This document shows, piece after piece, positions 27,685 to 41,075 of a stretch of DNA of 64,000 nucleotides. Within the stretch, counting starts at the first letter, position 1, and each line of letters begins with the position of its first letter. The DNA is taken from positions 72,726,001-72,790,000 of the forward strand of contig OX597817.1 of the NCBI GenBank assembly GCA_951406725.2. The letters run 5' to 3'. The notes under the pieces are model-generated. The model was not told where the DNA came from. It saw only the letters and a program-made list of their open reading frames with translations, and made no database searches. The DNA comes from Octopus vulgaris. Taxonomy: Eukaryota. Made by a program: the position numbers and the translations under genes.

Positions 27685-29470
27685 AGGTAAAAAGTTGAGA
27701 CAGTGTCACATGACAACTTGCTGGGGCTGCCTGCTGGAGCCTAGCAGCAGGTATTTAAAGGGAAATTTGATAGACAGTCAGTCGCCTGCTGACACTCGTT
27801 GATGCTACATCGAAGCGGCTAGGGAACAGAAGAAAGAAGACATGCACCCAACACCAGAGGTAGAGGAGTAGGGGCCGAAACCATATGTGGTTCCTCCTGA
27901 TGATGTCTTGAGCTAACTGGATCATATAAAGGAGCAGTTGTGATAGCAGACCACGAAACACGGTTGAAATTCCTCAGATACTGACTGCAGGGAAAAACTT
28001 GCTGACAATCCAGAAAGAGGGATGACAAAGCAGAGAGACGCTTGACAGTACGACAGCATAACGAAGGATCAAATGGGCTTGCAACCCGATCCAGGGTAAA
28101 ATTGCAACAAAAAAGCATAGGAAATCATGCCCCCATGATCCCGGACCATGGGGGGGAGAATAAAAGATCAAATAGGAATGGAAAAAAATGAAATGGACTT
28201 GGACCGGAAATGGACAATGAGAAAGGAATGGTAGATGAGGAGTTCAGCTGCTGCGGAAAGGTGTTTGCTAGTTACATTGGGCTGAGAATCCACCAAAGGA
28301 AGATATGTCAGAAGAAAGTAATTCAACAACGCGGGTTGATATACCATAAGACGTGTGGCCAGAACCTCCTGGAAAATAACCATAGCGAGGTTCATTCCAC
28401 AGTTGAATTGGAACAGTCAAAAAGACTGATAGGCATGAAGAGGACAAAGGTTAAGTGGCTGAAAGCAAATGACGCAGCGAGTTATAAAAAATTTGACAAG
28501 GTAGCAAGACTGACCACCAAATTCAAAAGCGACGACAAACAAAAGCTCAAAAACCTGGCTAAAACAATCTACCAGGAAGGAGAGAAAAAATTTGGACTGG
28601 AAACAACAGGGAAGGTAGAATCAACAGCAAAGAGCAGACCATCGAAGAGAGAAAGACGGATTGCAAAGATTTGAGAAGAGAAGAAAAAACTCAGAACAAG
28701 ATGGAGGGATGCAAAGGAGGAGGAAAGAGAAGGGCTAAAGCAGCTATATGAAGAGATAAAAAAGAGGCATCGAGATCTGCTAAGAAAACAAAGAAGGAGG
28801 AGCAGAAGAAAGGAGAGAGAAAAAACTATCGTTGCTTTGTGAACAATCCCTATCAATATATGAAACATCTATTTACTGAAAGTAAAAGTGGAAAATTGGA
28901 TTGCACGAAAGAAGAGCTTGAACAACATCTGAAAGAGACATACAGTGACTCTGACAGAAATAAAGTACTCCCAGAAATGCATGGACTGAAGAAACCACCT
29001 GAACCAAGGGTACCATTTGATTTGAGTGACATCAAACAGAAAGAAATGGATGAGTTCATAAGAAAAGCAAGAGCAAAAAGTTCACCAGGGAACAATGGAG
29101 TGAGCTACAAGGTATATAAATATTACCCGAAATTACGTTTGCAGCTGTTTGCACTGATAAGAGAAATGTGGAAGAAGAAAGATGTAGCGGAGTGATGGTG
29201 TATAGCCGAAGGTATCTATCTACCTAAAGAGAAAGATGCAAAAACACTAGGACAATTTAGACCAATTTCATTATTAAATACTGACAGGAAAATAGTTTGG
29301 AATTATTGCTCTCTCTCCAGCAGTCACATCCATGTTGTTCCAATGAAGGGAGGAGGGTCAAGAGAATGTTTGCATCTGCTTGCAACTACATAGGCACCTA
29401 AAACAATTAGCAAAAGCATCATACCAGCTATCAGATCATACTTGCATGCGAGTCGCAGCTAAGCGTTTTC
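27685..29470 (+). mobile_element. RLE-type non-LTR retrotransposon remnant (HERO-like), internally deleted
   Basis: N-terminal zinc finger CCGKVFASYIGLRIHQRKIC. RT start KARAKSSPGNNGVSYKVYK...EGIYLPKEKDAKTLGQFRPISLLN. Contains stops and breaks off at ~29310. Boundaries approximate. Confidence 0.8.
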
Positions 29471-29559
29471 TCATCCCTCTCTTTAATTACCTGTTATATT
29501 TGATATCTTACTAATTTCTTTTTATTTACGTTTCTCTCCATTTCTCTCTTGTGATACAG

Positions 29560-29684
29560 GACTACCCAGTGCCAGTGGCACTCTGGCTCCTGGAGCTAAA
29601 CAACAAGCTCAGGCAGCAGCAGCAGGAGTCAACGATGCAGATGCTGACTTAGAAGCCCGTTTAGAGAACCTTCGACGACAGTAA
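29560..29684 (+). CDS. CHMP2A: CHMP2A coding exon 5 (last)
   Basis: Pyrimidine tract and cag acceptor, then (G)LPSASGTLAPGAKQQAQAAAAGVNDADADLEARLENLRRQ*. It ends in the Vps4-binding MIM1 motif (DLEARLENLRR). Total CDS is 663 nt, 220 aa. Confidence 0.95.
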
Positions 29685-32091
29685 AATGCAATGATATATG
29701 AGTGTATGAATGCATATGTTTGTTTGTGACAAGATTTGAGTTGGTTGAAGTTTCTTTTTGTTATTTCACTGAATGAATGTGTGTGTGTATGTGCATATAC
29801 ACACATGCATACACACACACACACACACAAACACACACACTAAAACCAACCTTTCACATTTTCTAACTTAAAGTTTCTCATTGCCAATTTGTTACTATAA
29901 GTTTGGGAATGTGAAGTGTCAGCTTTAGTGAATATGTTATAATACTACTCTACACATGCACACATGTGTATATGAATATATATTTACATATACATATTCA
30001 CACGTGCACATACATTTGTACATATTTTTTTACAAATGTATGTGTATAAATACATATATATATATATATAGATGTGTGTGTGTGTGTGTGTGTATACTTG
30101 TACATATCTATTTAAACATGTATATATATATGTGTGTGTGAGTTATTTATCTATCTGCATATATATATATGTATATATATACACACACAGTCACACTTAT
30201 ATGAATATATGTAATTATACATGTACATATCTCTGTATACATGTATTTATGCATATATATATATATATATAATAATTTATGTATGTTTATGAGGGTATTT
30301 ATCTATATATATCTACATATCTTTGTATATCTACACACACACAAACATACTATGTTAAAGCGCTGAATAGTGACCTACACATATTCAGCATCGAATCAAT
30401 ATTTCTCCTGTCAGTTTTTTTCCACTGTCCACTTCTCTCTCTACAACTTCCTTCACCCAATAATACCCCAATCAGCCAGTAGTTTCACAGTTCCTCTCTT
30501 GACATCAGGAGTGTATTCTGTCTATTGCCAAGACTCTTGTCTCTGAAGTATTCCTCTCCATCAAACTATAATTAGGTACTCTAATGAATAAAGTAGTGTT
30601 AAATTTGGATATCTCTTTGGGTACAACTCAGAAATGAATGAACACCACATAAGATGATTTGCTTTAATAAATCTTCTTCTTTGTAACCCCTTCAAGTCTG
30701 AGAATGATATTTCTGCAAGTTCTTGCTGAACAACCTGTACAGATAATTTGTTTATATTGCTAAAATGTTTTTGTTGTGCATTTGCTCACTCCCTCCATCA
30801 AATCAACATCGCTTGTACAGGTGCACAGTGTGTTACATGTCTGGTATCAAAGTGATCGCAGAACCATGTGAAATTAAATACTTTGTTCAAGAATGCAATG
30901 CACTATCTAATTTGGGAATCAAAACCATTTTGATAAATAAGTTATGCACAAAGACAAGAGCTTTTAATAGTGAACCCCCTTGTCCCATGATTGCTCCTGT
31001 GAATTACACTACATTATTGTAATTCACATGGCAATACAATACATTGAAATACACTTATATATAATCAACAAAAAGGTTGAAAGAGATCAATTGTTTTCTC
31101 CATGAGCAGGAATCAGTATTTTAACAAATAAAAATAAAAGTGTGTTATGTAGGGCACAGGCCCAGTTGAATCACTAAGAAGTTCCTTTAGCAATCATGAG
31201 CCACTAAGGTTTGATCCTATTGGGTCTGGCTTGGGCAAATATCTTCTACCATAGCCTCAGATCAGCCCAAGATTTCTAGGTGAAATTTCGTAGACAGAAT
31301 ATGTGTAGAAGACCTGCAGAAGGACTGTTTCTGTTAGTCACCAGACATGCCTATACTACACTGAGTCTACTTCAGGGTTACATGTAGGATACATGGATCT
31401 GTGGAATGCTCAGTTTCTTGCACTGTAATACAAGGTGAACTAGCCTGCAATTCAGATGTCCAGCATTGTCACAACACTGAGTCTGTCTGAGGATTATGAA
31501 TGGTTTATTTCATTGAATGAAAAACTGGAACTCTTGTTGAAACCAACACAGAATTGATTTACTTTTATATATACTAAGAAGATACATCTAATTCAATGTG
31601 TTAAATCATTTATACTTTCACTAGTTTTAAAAGTATTTAAGCATGGCCTGGGTTATATCATGAAAGCAAGCTTAGTTGATAATTGAAACAAGTAGTGTAT
31701 GTTCATTATCCTTGCTTGGTTTATTCAGACTTTTACGCAGTCTTCCCAACTTCACAGCTCTCTGAGTTTGTGGCTTTTTTTTTTAACTTTTGGGTTTTCT
31801 GATTTTTTTTTTGTATTTTTTCTGGAAATAATTCCTTTTAACATAAACAATAAACACACAGGTTTAAAAACTAATTTCAAATATATTTAAAAATTGCCCA
31901 CCAAAGAAAAGTGTTGACCTGCATGTTTATTGTTTATATTACAAACCTCAGTTGGTGCCTCTTCCTCTTACAATCATCCCCTATGCATTCTGTCTTTCTC
32001 TCTGTTAATATGAAATTGTAAGTTCTGAAAGTTCATGACTGAGTATATGTGTGTGTGTATATATATATATACATATGTATATTAGAAAGTT

Positions 32092-32282
32092 AGAAGTTAT
32101 GGCCAGTCATTGGTTTTGCATCTATAAAGCACTTAGCAGTATAAGGAACTTGTCAGACTTAAATGGCTGAAGGTGCATAACCTCATGCATCTTCAGCCTT
32201 ATGAGTCTGATGAGTCTCCTATGCTGCTAAACACTTTCTAGGTGTGAAACCAATGATCATTCTATGACCAGCCATAACTTCT
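32092..32282. repeat. ~190-bp imperfect palindrome with a decayed hammerhead-like motif
   Basis: Centre ggctgaaggtgcat-aacctc-atgcatcttcagcc. Outer agaagttatggc pairs with gccataacttct. The right arm reads gagt CTGATGA...GAAAC caatg ATC attc. Confidence 0.75.
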
Positions 32283-33103
32283 TCCTAAGAAATATATCAC
32301 TGCTCTAATACTTTAGACTGTTCTTTTTTGGATATATGGACTACTGACAAGATATATTAATATATTAAAAAAAACTATAATAAATGCACAGACAAATGGA
32401 AAATAGACACAGAAGGTCACCAAATCCTCATCAGTTATTGGCCAGAGGGTCAAATGCAATTTCACGCCTTCAATGATAATATTGCTACCCTCTGGTGGTG
32501 CCAGTAGCTGGTTGTTGGGGACAGCAGAATTGGTGCAACCGTTAGAGAGACATCCTGGCTGTTTTCACTGGTATCAAAGGGTTCAAAATCCCACTGGTAT
32601 TAATCAAACAGTACTCAATTATATAACGAAGACAACGAGTACCTTGCTTTTCCAATTTTCCCAGTCTTCTCCCAATATTGATCATGCTGTTTGAGAACAC
32701 ACAGGTGTGTGACATACACTGCACACCTAATTAGACCTCTTAGGTAAGTGTTAAAATATGTCTGTGTGTGTGTGTATATACTTTATTTGTAGATTAACAA
32801 TGTTACTAATGGTTTCATGTTAGGTGCTTGCAATTTTTAAAACATTCCCTTCAAAAATTTTAGAAATTCACTTCCATGTTAAGTGACATGGAAATGGATT
32901 ACCAGCATTCTTAAGTGGAACTCTTGAAAAATTGTGAACCTCCCACATGAAAGCATTGGTATCTATCATTGTTAATCCACAAGAGTATGTGACAGGAAGA
33001 GCATCCAGCTGTAAAACTATTATACATGTAAACCATGCTAGCCTGGAACAATAGACAGAAAAACAAATGACATCTAATTATATATGTGTGTGTATTTGTG
33101 TAC

Positions 33104-33135
<32 letters not shown>

Positions 33136-33246
33136 ATATATATGCATACGTACAATTATATGCATATAAATATATATGCACATATTTATACACACATATA
33201 CATACGTATGTGTGTCTGTATACACGTGTCTGTGTGTACATATGTG

Positions 33247-33284
<38 letters not shown>

Positions 33285-33846
33285 CACATAAATATATATG
33301 TACATATACACACAGATATATATATATATAAATATATATATAGATATATGTGTTTGTGTGTGTGTGTGTGTGTATTTCAAAAGTTGATAAGTATGTTGAA
33401 TGAATGACAAAGAAGTATGCAATACTCCTAGAATGAACAGTTTATTTAAGCTGAATATTTATCTTGTGAATCCAGTTTCACACCACGCTGCAAATCTTTG
33501 TCTGAGAACTGTTACAACCTGATGCAATTGTTTACATCCATTGGTGTGGCCTCTTATTAATGTCTATTCACACACATACACATATGATTACATGTTGGCA
33601 TACTGGATTATTTCTTCATACTTGGTGAGTATCATACTTGTCATAAAGCCTGGTGGTGTTGAGACTTATTGGTGGGTGCAGCTGACAGCACATCAATTAC
33701 ACAAAACCTTTAGGTCTGAGAGAACATAATCCAGTTTACCAACACACAGTTACAAACTCTACATGCAGGTGTGCATTGAGCACTTTTTATATCTGCATAA
33801 AAACGTAAATACGATGTGTGTGTGATGATATATATATATATATATA

Positions 33847-34125
33847 TACAAAATAAGAAAATGGAGAAATACACCTTAATCAATAATCAACTACCAGATA
33901 ATACCCAATCACATAATTCATTAACCCACTACATATGAACATCAAAGTCAAACATAATAGTACAGAACAAAACAATGCACATCAATGAGTAATATGATAC
34001 AATAAGTACAATATGTATGTTTGACCTTGATGTTCATATGTAGTGGGTTAATAAATTATGTGATTGGGTATTATCTGGTAGTTGATTATTGATTAAGGTG
34101 TATTTCTCCATTTTCTTATTTTGTA
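33847..34125. repeat. Near-perfect inverted repeat, 110-bp arms, 59-nt spacer
   Basis: 33847-33956 is the reverse complement of 34016-34125, with 2 mismatches seen. It is embedded in (TA)n. Confidence 0.92.
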
Positions 34126-35001
34126 TTATAAATTTGTGGTAAAACATTTTACCTTCGCCCATATAATACAATAAATGAATTAATTGCATCGCAATTCTTA
34201 ACATTTATGTACTAACTTTGTTGGGTGCTTTACTGGCAGTATATTGGATATATGTTATCCCAGTATATTGGATATATGTTATCTCAATTTATATATATAT
34301 ATATATACATACACACATGTAATGTTTTGGTTCTCTGACAAAAGAATGTAATATACATAATTATTTTTATGTGTATATAATATTTGTTGTAATAGCAAAT
34401 GCTAAACTACTTTGCTTCACTGCTTGAACATCTACTGCTGTTGGACTGTGTGTGTGTGTATGTTTGAGCATGTATGGAAGTGTATAATAACTATACAGAT
34501 GTATATAACTATAACAGATGTATAACCACAGATATATAATAACTATATAGATGTGTGTGTGTATCTATATATATATTTATATATACAGACATGGCTATAT
34601 GGGTAGAAGTTCACTTTACAATCAACATGGTTTGGGGTTCAGTCTCACTGCATAGTTCTTTGGGCAAGTGTCTTCTTTCAACCTACAGGTCAACCAATAC
34701 CTTTTAATGGGATTTTGTTAATGTAAGCTACAGGATAGCTTGTGTGTGCCCATTGGGCATTTGTGTGCATGTATGTGTGTGTGTGTGTGTGTGTGTGTAT
34801 GAGTATTTGTGTTTGTTTTTTTCACCACTTGACAAACAGTGCTGGCTTACTTTCATTGCCGTAACTTTGGGCTAGAAGAAACCGCTACAATAACTAACAG
34901 GTATAACACGGAAAATAACTGGTATCAGTTTAATCAGATATAACTGTCAAGGCAGTGCCCAGCTATGGCCACAATCCAATGACTTAAGTAAAAGAACAAA
35001 A

Positions 35002-35041
<40 letters not shown>

Positions 35042-38000
35042 TGCACACAGATATATATATGTATATACACACACACACACTAATATATATTAATAATATT
35101 TAACAGAATCAGCAGAGGTAGTCAAGGATGGAAAGTTTCATGCATTAACACTTACCAAACACATAAAACTCTTGGCCCTTGAGTCACTCTGTTGCTTCTT
35201 CTAAATAATAATTGAAATAAAAATATATGTGGTAAGAAGCTTGCTTCCCAACCACATGGTTCTGGGTTCAGTCCCACTATGTGGCACCTCGGGCAAGTCT
35301 TCTACTGTAGCCTTGAGCTGACTAAAGCTTTGTGAGTGGACTTGGTAGATGGAAACTGAAAGAAGCTGTTGTATATATATATATATATATATATAATTTG
35401 TGTGTCTGTGTTTTCCTCCCACCAACGCTTAGCAACTGATGTTGGTGTGTTTATGTCCCTGTAACTTAGCGGTTCAGCAAAAAGAGGCCGATAGAATAAG
35501 TACTAGGCTTACAAAAAATAAGTCCTAGGGTCAATTTGTTCAACTAAAGGCGATGCTCCAGCATGGCTGCAGTCAAATGACTGAAAGAAGTAAAAGAGTA
35601 GAACAAAGAAGAGTATACATGGATGTGGATGTCAATTATTTTATGTGAACTGATGGGTGGTGGTGATCATCATTGTAATCTATTCAATATCTGCTTTTCT
35701 ATGAAACATTACAATGACTCTTGTATAGCGTGTGTGTGTATGTATCTACATCTGTTACATTTTGCACATATGTGCTGGAATAAATAAATTTTATATTCTT
35801 AAAGAAGGCAGTGATTCCTGTGATGTTTTTGTTTTTTTCTGTATTCCATCAATGTGATATTTTTCTATAATTTAGTGGGGAATTCACTCAGAGCCCTTCT
35901 ACTGCATTGGTCTGTTTCTTATATATTTCTTCTTTCTGTTACATTGCCTTGTGTCTATTAACTACAATATTGAAAATGTTTTGTGGAACAATGGCAGAAG
36001 GATTAGAATGTTAGACAAAATATCTTGCAGCATACATTCTGAGTTCAATCCTGCTGAGGTTGATTTTTATCATCTGTTCTACTCATTGGAATTTATGTGG
36101 ATTGACAGAATCATTAGAGCTTTAGAAAAAAATGCCTTATGGTATATATTTCTTCCATGTCTTACATTCTAAGTGCAAATCCTGCCGAGGTCAACTTAGC
36201 CATTCATCCTAGTGCTAGATTCACTATTACTGACTAGTCCCCCTCATTCCAAAACCACTGACCTTGTGCCTAAATTAAAAGCCATTATTATATTTATTAT
36301 CACTATCAATGTAATAATACAAATATTATTTGTTTCAAATTTTGGCACAAAGCCAGCAATTACGGGGGAGGGGTAAGTCAGTTACATTGACCTCATTATT
36401 CAACTGGTACTTAATTTATTGACCCTGAAAGGATGAAAACAAAGTCAGGCCCAGCAGAATTTGAACTCAGAACATAAAAATGGACAAAGTGCCACTAAGC
36501 ATTTTTCCCAACATGCTGCCTTATATTATATAAATGAAATTATATTTATTATTAACAAACACCTCCCTTCAAAATTGCTGGCCTTGTGCCAAAATTATTA
36601 ATAATGTCATTGGATTGGCAGAATTGTTTGAGCATCATAAAAATGATTAAAACTACTTCTTTCAGCTCTTTACATTCTGAATTCATATCCTGTGAAGATC
36701 AACTCTACCTTTCATCTCTCCAGAGTTGGTAAAATAAAATACCATCAGAGTATCAGGTTAGTTTAATCAACTAACCTCTCTCATAATTTCCTGGCCTTAT
36801 GCCTATTTTAAAAGCAGTTAATATTATGGGGGGGCTGTAAATAAGGTAAAATGATGGCACACCAGATCATACGCTTTGCAGTATTTAATTATTTTGATGA
36901 ATCCAATCCTGCTCAGCTGGTAATTTATTTTATCAACTCCAAAAGGATGAAAAGCAAAGTGAGCCTCAGTGGAATTTGAACTCGGAAGCTAAAGCCAGAA
37001 GAAATGCTGCTAAGTATTTTGTCCAGCGTGCTAACTATTCTACCAGCTCACTACCCTGATATAACCCATATATTGAAGTCAGTCTTTTTGGCTTGACTTG
37101 TTCCTTGCAAAACAATTTGGACTTGTGACAAGAAGCTGCTTATAAAACAGACACCTCCAACCACCCAGCAAAGCAAAGTCACAAAATCCTGACACTACTG
37201 TTCTGATAATGCTTTTTTTTTTTCCAACTTATTTCATCATCCTAATAAATTATTTCCCTCCAAGACTTAGAATGCATACTAGCTGTACTTCCTATATTGC
37301 AACTCCTTATATGGAAACCAAACATAAGACTTTGCTGGTATTTTTTAATATTTTTTCTTCAATAAACTCAATCTTCTAAAAAATTTTTTTTTTTTTTTTT
37401 CACAAAAGTTTACTTTATAATATTTCTGCTTTATATGTGCAGCTATTATTCTATGTATGAGGTCTAATGTGTGAAGTAGCCATCATCACTGTAATCATTT
37501 TATATTATCTGCTTATATTTATTATTTATTGTTGTCTGGTGTTTTAATTTTCCTTCTAAAGTTGATAAAATAAGGTATCAGTGAGTATGGGAGCTTATAT
37601 AAGAAAGTTTTACTATTAGAGCTTAGTTTTGGACAAAATGACTTGCTGTATTAGTTGAGTCTCTTTACATTTTATGTTCAAGTGCTACTAAGGCCTGCTT
37701 TGCCTTCCATCATCAATAAAATTAGTACCACTCAAATGCTGGTTTTAATATATTTGACTAAACCATTCCCCCATCAAATTTGCTGGCTTTGCACCTAAGA
37801 AACTGTTAGCATTAGTTGTAGTGGAAGGCGGCAAACTGTCAGAATTCTTAGTGTCAGGTAAACTGCTTTGCATTATTTTTTCAAGTCCTTTCTATTCTCG
37901 CCAAATCTCGCCACGGTCAGCTTTGCCTTTCACTCCTCTAGTGTTGATAAAATAAGTACCAGTTAAGCACTGGAGTTGATGTTATCTGCTTACTCCCACC

Positions 38001-38295
38001 ACTAAAATTTCTGGCCTTGTGCCAAAATTTGAAATCATTATTGTTAATGGAAGATTAGTAGAATCAGTAGATTGACAAACAAAGCACCTTGCAATATTTA
38101 GTTACAGCTCTTTATGCTCAAAGTTTGAATCCTGCTCAGGTTAATTTTTGTCTTTCAAAAACCCCTTCTGGGCAGTGTGGATGAAATAAATACCAGTGGA
38201 GTACCAAGGTTAATATAATCAGTTGTTTCTTACATCATTTTTAGTACTACTCTCTCAAAAAGAAATTTAAAGTCTCGTATCCCTATTACAAACTA

Positions 38296-38848
38296 TTATT
38301 ATTATCATTTGGTTTGACTCGGGTTCGGTCTTATTTCTAGTAGGATTTATGTGGGTAGTAGGTTACTACCTATAAACATGTATTCCACAAGTTTTCAGTA
38401 GTCTTTCAAATGCTTAGAACCTCCTGATGATCCTTGCTGTCCCTAAGAGACAAACTTCCTGTAGGAGCTCTACAGGGCATTCTGTTTCAATCTCCTTCAG
38501 CCATTTGTATATATCTTGGCTTATAGTTCCCAGTGCACCAATTATTATAGGCACGACCTTTACAGTTTTCATATTCTAAATTCTTCCTCTTTCAAATTTT
38601 AAGGGATTGTATTTTTTTGTTTTGCATTTTCTTCCTTTTCAATCCTGTAATCAAACAGGCATGATGGGTTTATTAGTAAGCAACTTCACTTTTCCTTATC
38701 TATAATCGCTATGTCTGGTCTATTATTTTCTAACTTCTTATCCATTTGAATAGGAAAGTCCGTTTGAGTAGGAAAATCTTACATTTTCCCAACTCCAGTA
38801 CTCTTTCAACTTGGTGATTGAACCATGTGTTTCCAGCTTTCAAAGCTT
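38296..38848 (-). mobile_element. 3' end of an R4/Dong-like RLE retrotransposon in (TAA)n
   Basis: DFPIQMDKKLENNRPDIAIIDK (PD-D/ExK endonuclease motif), VKVVPIIIGALGTI and LQEVCLLGTARIIRR. Flanked by (TTA)n, the known Dong target. Confidence 0.85.
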
Positions 38849-39240
38849 ATTATTATTATTAAGGTGAGCTGGCAGAATCATTAGCAAGCCAGACGAAATG
38901 CTTTGTGGCATTTCTTCTGGCTTTATGTTCTGTATTCAATTTCCACCAAGTCAGCTTTTGCCTTTCAGGGTTAATAAAATAAGTACCAGTTGAGCACTTG
39001 GGTCAATGTTATCAACTAGACCCCACCCCCAAAACTTCAAACCATGTGTTTATTGTAGAAAGAAAGAATGATTATCATCATTATTGTTGTTGTTGTTCTT
39101 ATTAAGGCAGTGAGCTGGCAGAACACTTAGCAGCATTTCGCCCATCACTACGATCTGAGCTCAACTTATGCCAAGGTCAACTTTGCCTTTCATCAATTTC
39201 AGGGTTGATAAAATAAATACCAGTTGAACACAGGAGTTGA

Positions 39241-39523
39241 TATACATTATTTACAATTGTTTTCATCTTGTTTGTTGTTAACACAACGTTTTGGCTGATA
39301 TACCCTCCAGCCTTCATCAGGTGTCTTGGGAAAATTTCGAACCTGGGTTCTCATTCCTAAGGTATTTTTTGATGTTATTATTACTATTCAGGTTACTGCC
39401 TGGAATCGAACTTGGAATCTTGGGGTTAGTAGCCTGCACTCTTAACCACCACACCATATGCCCATCAAATATCTGTCAACTGTAAATAATGTACATAATT
39501 CCTCATCTCTTAAATATAGAACT
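39241..39523 (-). mobile_element. tRNA-headed SINE with a hammerhead ribozyme tail and a 5' inverted terminal segment
   Basis: Minus-strand head with A box tggtgtggtgg and B box gttcgattcc (39463-39390). Hammerhead at 39325-39280. A second, headless copy is at 60214-60775. Confidence 0.7.
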
Positions 39524-40589
39524 GGGGTTGATGTAATCGACACATCCCTTCCCCCAAAATTGCTGCCCTTGTGGCAAAATTTAATGCCACCATTATTACT
39601 ACTACTACTACAACTAAGGTGGCAAACTAACAGAACCATTAGCATGCTGGGCAAAAACGCTTAGCATTCCATCCATCCTTGTGTTCTATGTTCAAATTCT
39701 GCTTTGGTGACTTTGCCTTTCATTCTTTCAGGGTCAATAAAATAAGTACTAAGCACCAGTTGCATATGGGGGTTGATGTAATCAACTAACCCCCACTCCC
39801 AAAAAGATTTCAGGCCTTGTGCCTATAGTAGAAAGGATTATTATTATTATTATTATTGCAAGCTGGCAGAATCATTAGCATGTCTGACAAGATGTTTAGT
39901 GGCATTTATTCCAGCACTTTAGATCCTGATTTCAAATACTACAGTCAACAAAATAAAGTACCAATTGAGCACTGGGGGGATGGGGTGTCAATGTATTTGA
40001 CTAATCTCCTCCCTTTAAAATGACTGGCCTTGTGCCAAAATCTGGAACATTATTATTATTGAGTGCAATGAGAAAGGGGACCATTAAAGCTCTGAATGTA
40101 ATTGCTTTGCATATATACATCTCTTTGTACTATGCATTCAAATCTTTGTGGGACCGTCTTTATTTTTCATCCTTCTAGTGTCGAAGAAATGAGTATCCCT
40201 CAAGTGCTGGGCCCCATATAATCAACAGTTCCCCTCTATCTTTCCATCCACTTTCTGGCCTTGTACTTATGTTAGAAATGGTGAATTTATATTTGTTCCA
40301 GCTCTTTACATTCTGGGTTCAAATCCTATTTGCCTTTCATCCTTCTTGGGTGACTAAAATAAGATACCGGTCAAACATTGAGGTTGCTTCAGTCAACTAG
40401 CTCCTCTACCTAAATTTCAGGTATTGTTAGAATGTCTATTTTAGAAATATTACTATAATATTAGCATTGACCCTTTAGCATTCAGATTACTCTGTTAAAA
40501 ATAATGCTCTTTTATTAGTGATTGTGTTGAATTAATCATGCATTATCTTATTGCTTTGAGGTTTTGATGATGATGATGATCATCATCAT

Positions 40590-41075
40590 TATCATCGTTT
40601 AACGTCCGCTTTCTATGCTAGTATGGGTTTGACAATTTGACTGAGGACTGGCGAACCAGATGGCTGCACCAGGCTCCAATCTGATCTGGCAGATTATCTA
40701 CAGCTGGATGCCCTTCCTAATGGTGACCACTCCAAGAGTGTAGTGGGTGCTTTTACGTATCACCGACACGAGGGCCAGTCTGGCGGTACTGGCAACAGCC
40801 ACACTCAAATGGTGTTTTTTACATGCCACCTGCACAGGAGCCAGTCCAGCAGCACTGGCAACGACTTCGCTCGAATGTTTTTTAACGTGCCAGTAAGGCG
40901 ATGCTGGTAACAATCACGCTCGAATGGTGATTTTTACGTACCACCAGCATGGAAGCCAGTTAGCTGCTCTGGCAACGATCACACTTGTATGCTGCTCTTA
41001 GCGCTCCACTAGCACGGATGCCAGTCATCGAATTTGATTTCAATTTCACTTGCCTCAACAGGTCTTTGCAAGGCT
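40590..41075 (-). mobile_element. SINE family C, long copy with internal subrepeats
   Basis: Colinear with 44371-44925. Confidence 0.8.
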
